Shown piece after piece: positions 59,067-64,000 of a stretch of 64,000 nt of DNA; positions within the stretch are counted from its first letter, which is position 1, and every line of letters starts with the position of its first letter. The notes under the pieces were generated by a model. It searched no databases and was not told the origin of the DNA. It saw only the letters and a list, made by a program, of their open reading frames with translations. The stretch comes from Acidobacteriota bacterium (GTDB lineage Bacteria; Acidobacteriota; UBA6911; RPQK01; CBDAPI01). A program made the position numbers and the translations under genes. The stretch covers positions 150,262 to 214,261 of the forward strand of contig CBDAPI010000016.1 in assembly GCA_965198355.1 (NCBI GenBank). Reading direction: 5' to 3'.

Positions 59067-59244
59067 CTAGTCCAGGAGATCAATGACGGGGATGGAGAAG
59101 ACGTCTTCGATGTCAACGGGGGAACCAGGGACGGGAATACCGCCATGGATGTGGACGGCGACGGGATGATCACCCTGGCTGACTATTATGCCCTGGTGGC
59201 CGCTGATCTTCCCTTAGCCAAGTGGTCCACCGAACGGCCGGGCC

Positions 59245-60660
59245 TCAAGACAAGAACCCGAAGATCAGGAATAGAAGCAGTGCTCCGGCAGCCGCCGCCA
59301 GGGCATAGGGGAGCTGGGTTCTTACATGCGCAATATGGTCCGTGGCTGATGCCATGGACGCCACGATGGTGCTGTCAGAGATCGGAGAACAGTGATCCCC
59401 GAAGATCCCACCCCCCATCGCCGCACCTAGAGTCAGGGGAACGTTGAGGTCGAGAATCCGAGCCATGGGCAACACAATCGGGATCATGATCGCAAAAGTC
59501 CCCCAGGACGTCCCCGTGGAAAAGGCGACGAAGCAACCCAGGCAGAAAATCAGGGCAGGGACAAAGCCCGGATGCAGAGCCGCCTGAGCTGCTCCGGCTA
59601 CGAACTCGCCCGTCCCCAACACCCGGGTCGTGGACGCGATGGTAAAGGCCAGTGCCAGGATCACGACCAGCGGAGTGAGACCCTTGATCCCTTCCATCAG
59701 GCTGTCACTTAGCTCAGGCAAGGTCATAATCCCCTGCATGCGGTAGACCGTTGCTCCCAGCAGCAAACCCACAATCACGCTCCAGAGAATCGCTTTCGAT
59801 CCGTCCCCTCTCATCATGTCCCCACTCCCAGTGGCGTAGAGAACAAACAAAACCGTCACGACCATGGAGACGAGAGGGATCACCATGTTGATAGCGCGTT
59901 CGGGGGTGCCCTCCTTGGGAACGGCCGTGCTCACTTCCGACGACACCAGCGGCGTGGCTCCGTCATCGAGAAGCTTCCCTTCCTCGCGGGTTCTCCGCTC
60001 GGCACGCCTCATGGGTCCGTAGTCCAGATCGAACCACACTACAGAAAAAACCAACAGCAAGGAGAGGATGGCGTAGAAATTCACGGGGATGGTCGCCGCC
60101 AGCAATGCTACGGGCCTGGGAACGCCCTCGGCCACCAGCAGCCCGATCACGTAGGCTCCCCACCCGTTGAGAGGAATGAGAATGCACTTCGGTGCGCAGG
60201 TGGCGTCGATCACGTAACTCAATTTCTCTCGGGAAATCCGAAACTTGTCATACAGGGGGCGGGCCACCGAGCCGGAGACCAGCAATCCGAAGTTGGACTC
60301 CAGAAAAAGCGGCAGACTGACGGCCACGCTGAGAAGACGGACCGAGCGACGCCCCTTCACTACACCCTTTTGTTCGACCCAGCGAATGAATCCCTGCATG
60401 CCACCGGAGCGCTGCACGAAGAGAATCATCGATCCCACCAGGGCACTGAAAACCAGAGTCCGCAGATTGGAGGGCTGGCTGACGGCCAGGAGAAAGGCTT
60501 CCACTGAGGCGATCAAGCCCGTGACCGGATTTCCGCCGTGAATGAGGGTCCAGCCCAGCCAGATGTACAGCCCCAGCGCCAGGTAGACCTGCTTCGTCCT
60601 GATGGCCAGCGTAATGGCTATGATGGGAGGAAGTATCGAAAGCCAGCCGATTCCATCCAT
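59245..60660 (-). CDS. NhaC-family Na+/H+ antiporter-like polytopic membrane transporter
   Basis: 471 aa, ~11 TM helices. The family assignment is by overall pattern only. Confidence 0.6.
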   Translation of the reverse strand: MDGIGWLSILPPIIAITLAIRTKQVYLALGLYIWLGWTLIHGGNPVTGLIASVEAFLLAVSQPSNLRTLVFSALVGSMILFVQRSGGMQGFIRWVEQKGVVKGRRSVRLLSVAVSLPLFLESNFGLLVSGSVARPLYDKFRISREKLSYVIDATCAPKCILIPLNGWGAYVIGLLVAEGVPRPVALLAATIPVNFYAILSLLLVFSVVWFDLDYGPMRRAERRTREEGKLLDDGATPLVSSEVSTAVPKEGTPERAINMVIPLVSMVVTVLFVLYATGSGDMMRGDGSKAILWSVIVGLLLGATVYRMQGIMTLPELSDSLMEGIKGLTPLVVILALAFTIASTTRVLGTGEFVAGAAQAALHPGFVPALIFCLGCFVAFSTGTSWGTFAIMIPIVLPMARILDLNVPLTLGAAMGGGIFGDHCSPISDSTIVASMASATDHIAHVRTQLPYALAAAAGALLLFLIFGFLS

Positions 60661-60827
60661 TAGAGGGCCCGTGGTGAGGTTGCCTGCAGCAAGTACCAGG
60701 CACTCACTCTAGCAGCCCGCGGTGAAAGTCCCGCGACTTTCACCACGGATCGCTGGGTGTGATAGTTTCTGTTAGCCCGGGTGATTTACGAGTTTTCGAA
60801 GCGAAGCGGGGCTTAGGAGAGCAAAAC

Positions 60828-62378
60828 ATGAAACCCATCACCGAGTCGCTCAAGGTTGCGTCGTTGCTGGAAAAGCTGGGGATCAGACCTGTGAACTCCG
60901 GGGCCTGCAGCGGTCCGGAGGGCTGGATCAAAGATGAACACGGAACCGAACTGATTTCCTACAATCCGACCACAGGGCAACCCATCTCCAGCGTCATCCA
61001 GGCCACGGAAGCTACCTATTCGGCAATCGTTGATGAGGCCGTTTCTGCCTTTTCAACCTGGCGTGAAGTCCCAGCTCCACAAAGGGGCCAGCTCATTCGT
61101 GATCTAGCTCAGGAGTTGCGGCGCTACAAGGAACCTCTCGGAGAGCTGGTCAGTCTGGAAATGGGCAAGATCAGGGCAGAGGGGATCGGCGAAGTTCAGG
61201 AGATGATAGACATCTGCGACTTTGCCGTCGGACTTTCCCGGCAACTCTATGGACTCACGATGCACTCGGAAAGACCTCGGCATCGAATGTATGAGCAATG
61301 GCATCCGCTCGGACCCATCGGTATCATCACCGCTTTCAACTTTCCCGTGGCGGTCTGGTCCTGGAATGCTGCCATCGCAGCGGTGTGCGGGGATTCGATG
61401 GTGTGGAAACCCTCCTCCAGTACGCCGCTCTGCGCTCTGGCTGTGCAACATATCAGCAACCGGGTATCGGCCGACCACGGAGTCTCAGGACTCTTCTGCC
61501 TGACCGTGGGGGCCGGTAGTGCAGTGGGTGAAGCCCTTCTGAATGATCCACGAGTTCCTCTTGTCAGTTTTACCGGCTCGGTGAAGATGGGACGCCACGT
61601 GGCTCAGCGGGTAGCGTCCAGGCTGGGGAGGTCCCTCCTGGAACTGGGAGGGAACAACGCTATTATCGTCACCGAGAACTCCGATCTGGAAATCGCGACC
61701 CGGGCTATTCTTTTCGGGGCGGTTGGCACCTCCGGCCAGAGATGCACGACGACGCGGCGCATCATAGTCCATCGGTCGGTAGTTGAAGAGCTGACAGGCA
61801 GGCTCGTCCAGGCCTACGGGCAGGTTCAGATCGGGGACCCCCTGAGTGACTCGACTCTGATGGGTCCGCTGGTAAGCGAGCACGCCGTCGAGGGCATGAT
61901 GGCTGCTCTCGAAGAGGCCCGGGAAGAGGGTGCGCGAGTCGTGGCCGGCGGTGGCCGCCTGCCGGAAGAGGGGGCCTGTTTTGTGGAGCCCACCATCGTT
62001 GTCATGCCGAGCCAGACTCCTATGGTTTGCGAAGAAACCTTCGCCCCGATTCTCTACATCTTGAGCTATGACTCGCTGGATGAGGCCATTGCGATTCACA
62101 ACGCCGTCCCCCAGGGTCTCTCCAGTGCCATTTTTACTACCAACTTCCTGGAAGCCGAGAGATTTCTGTCGGTTGCCGGGTCGGACTGCGGCATTGCAAA
62201 CGTGAATATCGGTACCAGCGGCGCGGAGATTGGAGGAGCCTTTGGAGGGGAAAAAGAAACCGGCGGAGGGCGCGAATCGGGATCGGATGCCTGGAAGGCT
62301 TACATGCGACGACAGACGAACACGCTCAACTGGTCGCGGGAGCTCCCGCTGGCACAGGGGATCCAGTTCGGCGACTAA
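60828..62378 (+). CDS. aldehyde dehydrogenase, ALDH7/antiquitin type (alpha-aminoadipic semialdehyde / piperideine-6-carboxylate dehydrogenase-like)
   Basis: LVSLEMGKIRAEGIGEVQEMIDICDFAVGLSR, ITAFNFPVAVWSWNAAIA, ELGGNNAIIV. RBS GGAGAG before ATG 60828. Confidence 0.85.
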   Translation: MKPITESLKVASLLEKLGIRPVNSGACSGPEGWIKDEHGTELISYNPTTGQPISSVIQATEATYSAIVDEAVSAFSTWREVPAPQRGQLIRDLAQELRRYKEPLGELVSLEMGKIRAEGIGEVQEMIDICDFAVGLSRQLYGLTMHSERPRHRMYEQWHPLGPIGIITAFNFPVAVWSWNAAIAAVCGDSMVWKPSSSTPLCALAVQHISNRVSADHGVSGLFCLTVGAGSAVGEALLNDPRVPLVSFTGSVKMGRHVAQRVASRLGRSLLELGGNNAIIVTENSDLEIATRAILFGAVGTSGQRCTTTRRIIVHRSVVEELTGRLVQAYGQVQIGDPLSDSTLMGPLVSEHAVEGMMAALEEAREEGARVVAGGGRLPEEGACFVEPTIVVMPSQTPMVCEETFAPILYILSYDSLDEAIAIHNAVPQGLSSAIFTTNFLEAERFLSVAGSDCGIANVNIGTSGAEIGGAFGGEKETGGGRESGSDAWKAYMRRQTNTLNWSRELPLAQGIQFGD

Positions 62379-62429
62379 TGATTCGATCCGTAGAGATCGA
62401 CAAGAACGATTCCCGTTGAGCTGATCTCC

Positions 62430-62634
62430 TTACCAATTGGTCTGGTTGTGCCAGTAGTAGCGCCCGGCCGCGACCAGAAGCCCACCCACGAGTGCCACGG
62501 GTAAGAACTGCCGGATCTCAGGAACTCCAATCGAGAAAATCAGGACCGTCCCGAGTGCAAAAATCAAGCCTCCAGGTCCTTCGGCTGGTATCTGATCAAT
62601 AAGAATGCCGCGATGCGGTTTCGTTGCTTTCATC
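62430..62634 (-). CDS. small hypothetical membrane protein (start at MKATKPH...)
   Basis: ORF with one TM helix (LIFALGTVLIFSIGV). Low support. Confidence 0.35.
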
Positions 62635-62743
62635 AAACTTTCTCCTTCTCTTCTATGTACGCGAACGCCATACAAATGTGTCACTGTCGAGAGAAAAAAG
62701 TTGGATTCTCAACAATTCTTTTCGTGATGGCCGAGTGATCAGC

Positions 62744-63373
62744 TCACGAGCGCTGAACCCTGAAAGCCAGAGCAGCCAGTACCCCACCGACAAGCGGCCC
62801 CGCGATGTAAATGTGCAGATGACCCAGTGAGCCTCCTCCCAGGGCAGCGTTGACCAGGACCGGGCCGATTCCCACTGCAGGATTGAAAGCTCCTCCCGAG
62901 ATCGGACCCCCTGCAAAAGCAGCCACGACAATCGTAAACCCGATGGCCAGCCCATAAAATGAGTTGCCTTCGGTCGCCTTCGCGGTAGCACAGTTGAGCA
63001 CCACCAGGCAAAGCGCGAATGTGTACAGGATCTCGACCAGAACGGCCGATCCAACGCTGACACCCTGGCCCGGAGCCGGTGCAAAAGTGCCCCCCATGAT
63101 CAAGAACGCGGCCAGGCTGGCGGCCACAGCGCCCACGATCTGGGCCAGCCAATAGGGAACGATCTCGGACGTCGACAGCTTCCCTCGCATCAGAACCGCA
63201 AGTGACACAGCTGGATTGTAATGGCCCCCCGAAACGTGCCCGCCCATGTAGACCATGATCATCAGCGAACACCCGATAGCCAGGGGTGCCATGCTCACGC
63301 CCCCCATGACGGTCAAGCCGATGGTGAGAACCAGAAAAAATGTGCCAATGAACTCTGTCAGCAGCTTTGCCAT
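62744..63373 (-). CDS. aqpZ: aquaporin Z / MIP-family water channel
   Basis: Two NPA boxes (GGHYNPAVS, GGAFNPAVG); 6 TM helices. Confidence 0.9.
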   Translation of the reverse strand: MAKLLTEFIGTFFLVLTIGLTVMGGVSMAPLAIGCSLMIMVYMGGHVSGGHYNPAVSLAVLMRGKLSTSEIVPYWLAQIVGAVAASLAAFLIMGGTFAPAPGQGVSVGSAVLVEILYTFALCLVVLNCATAKATEGNSFYGLAIGFTIVVAAFAGGPISGGAFNPAVGIGPVLVNAALGGGSLGHLHIYIAGPLVGGVLAALAFRVQRS

Positions 63374-63549
63374 AAACTTTCCTCCTGAGAACCAAGGACT
63401 GAGAACTGAGAACCCAAACTCGAGAGCCTCAGACAGCTCCCGACTTTGAACAAGTCTAAAGTCTCACGTCGAAAGTCGAAAGTCGAAGGTTTGATGATTT
63501 GGTATTTGGAATCGCTTTCTAGTAGCTTGTCCCCATGGAGCCCCACCGA

Positions 63550-64000
63550 ATGAAAGGCATCCTGATCCCACTACTCCTTCTCCTGTGCCTCCCCTCTCTC
63601 CAGGGAGGAGCCGCGAAGCCTACCGTAAAAGTCCGGCACGGGATGGTTGTTTCTGGCCACATCCTCTCTTCGCGGGTCGGCGTCGAAATACTCAAGGCGG
63701 GCGGGAACGCCATTGACGCTGCCATTGCTACAGGCTTTGCCCTGGCCGTAAACCTACCCTCGGCCGGGAATGTCGGAGGGGGGGGATTCATGCTCGTTTA
63801 CCGCCCGAACGGCGAAGTCACCGCGTTCGACTTTCGAGAGAAGGCCCCTCTTTCAGCTCAAGCCGGAATGTTTGTGGGTGAGGACGGTAACTACCATGGC
63901 GAGATCAACCACAGAGGCTACCTTGCCGTGGGAGTTCCCGGAACTGTGGCGGGATTCTCTCTCGCCGGCCAGCGCTTCGGCACGCTCCCCTTTGCCCAAC
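63550..64000 (+). CDS. ggt: gamma-glutamyltransferase, N-terminal part (runs off the window)
   Basis: Signal peptide MKGILIPLLLLLCLPSLQG, then GMVVSGHILSSRVGVEILKAGGNAIDAAIATGFALAVNLPSAGNVGGGGFMLVY typical of GGT. Confidence 0.8.
   Translation, partial: MKGILIPLLLLLCLPSLQGGAAKPTVKVRHGMVVSGHILSSRVGVEILKAGGNAIDAAIATGFALAVNLPSAGNVGGGGFMLVYRPNGEVTAFDFREKAPLSAQAGMFVGEDGNYHGEINHRGYLAVGVPGTVAGFSLAGQRFGTLPFAQ

Noticed and set aside
59067-59250. Plus-strand dockerin/EF-hand-like coding potential (NDGDGEDVFDVNGG...DVDGDGMITLADY)
   Set aside because: The frame has no stop for 380 nt and would overlap the NhaC-like gene by ~200 nt. The minus strand of the same region is better explained as the severed 5' end of the OM-protein gene. 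DGDG repeats arise easily from GAC/GGC-rich sequence.

Overview
GC-rich (~58-60%) bacterial chromosomal segment. The gene content (PEP-CTERM sorting-signal protein, a VWA protein of the 'VWFA-related acidobacterial' type, the overall housekeeping set) suggests Acidobacteria, but this is an inference. The window is unusually dense in insertion sequences: five copies of one IS1380-family element (three apparently identical full copies from the parts I aligned, one degenerate copy with a frameshifted transposase, one divergent partial copy at the left edge), two identical IS3-family elements, three IS200/IS605-family elements, and one IS110-family element. Several insertions can be reconstructed base-for-base. 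An IS1380 copy with a CTAG target duplication splits a ~1,300-aa secreted NHL/Ig-like/LRR protein gene. One IS3 copy sits inside an IS200 tnpA (a nested insertion). The other IS3 copy splits a polytopic membrane-protein gene. A subtilase gene survives only as a 330-bp remnant between two IS200 copies. Housekeeping genes include mutL, ahcY with an upstream SahR-like regulator, rluD-like, lgt, an EF-G paralog, zwf-opcA-gnd, mscL, aqpZ, ggt and two tRNA-Glu. The accessory or signalling content is: a membrane HD-GYP–GAF–GGDEF protein; a Ras-like small GTPase–histidine kinase–sigma-54 activator operon; a CHASE2 adenylate cyclase; an MscS–cNMP channel; an SPFH(YdjI-like)/zinc-ribbon membrane-stress module; and a 27-bp x ~15 tandem-repeat array. 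Several genes carry single-base frameshifts in short homopolymer runs (possible sequencing errors). Long antisense ORFs in the six-frame track are mostly GC-driven artefacts.
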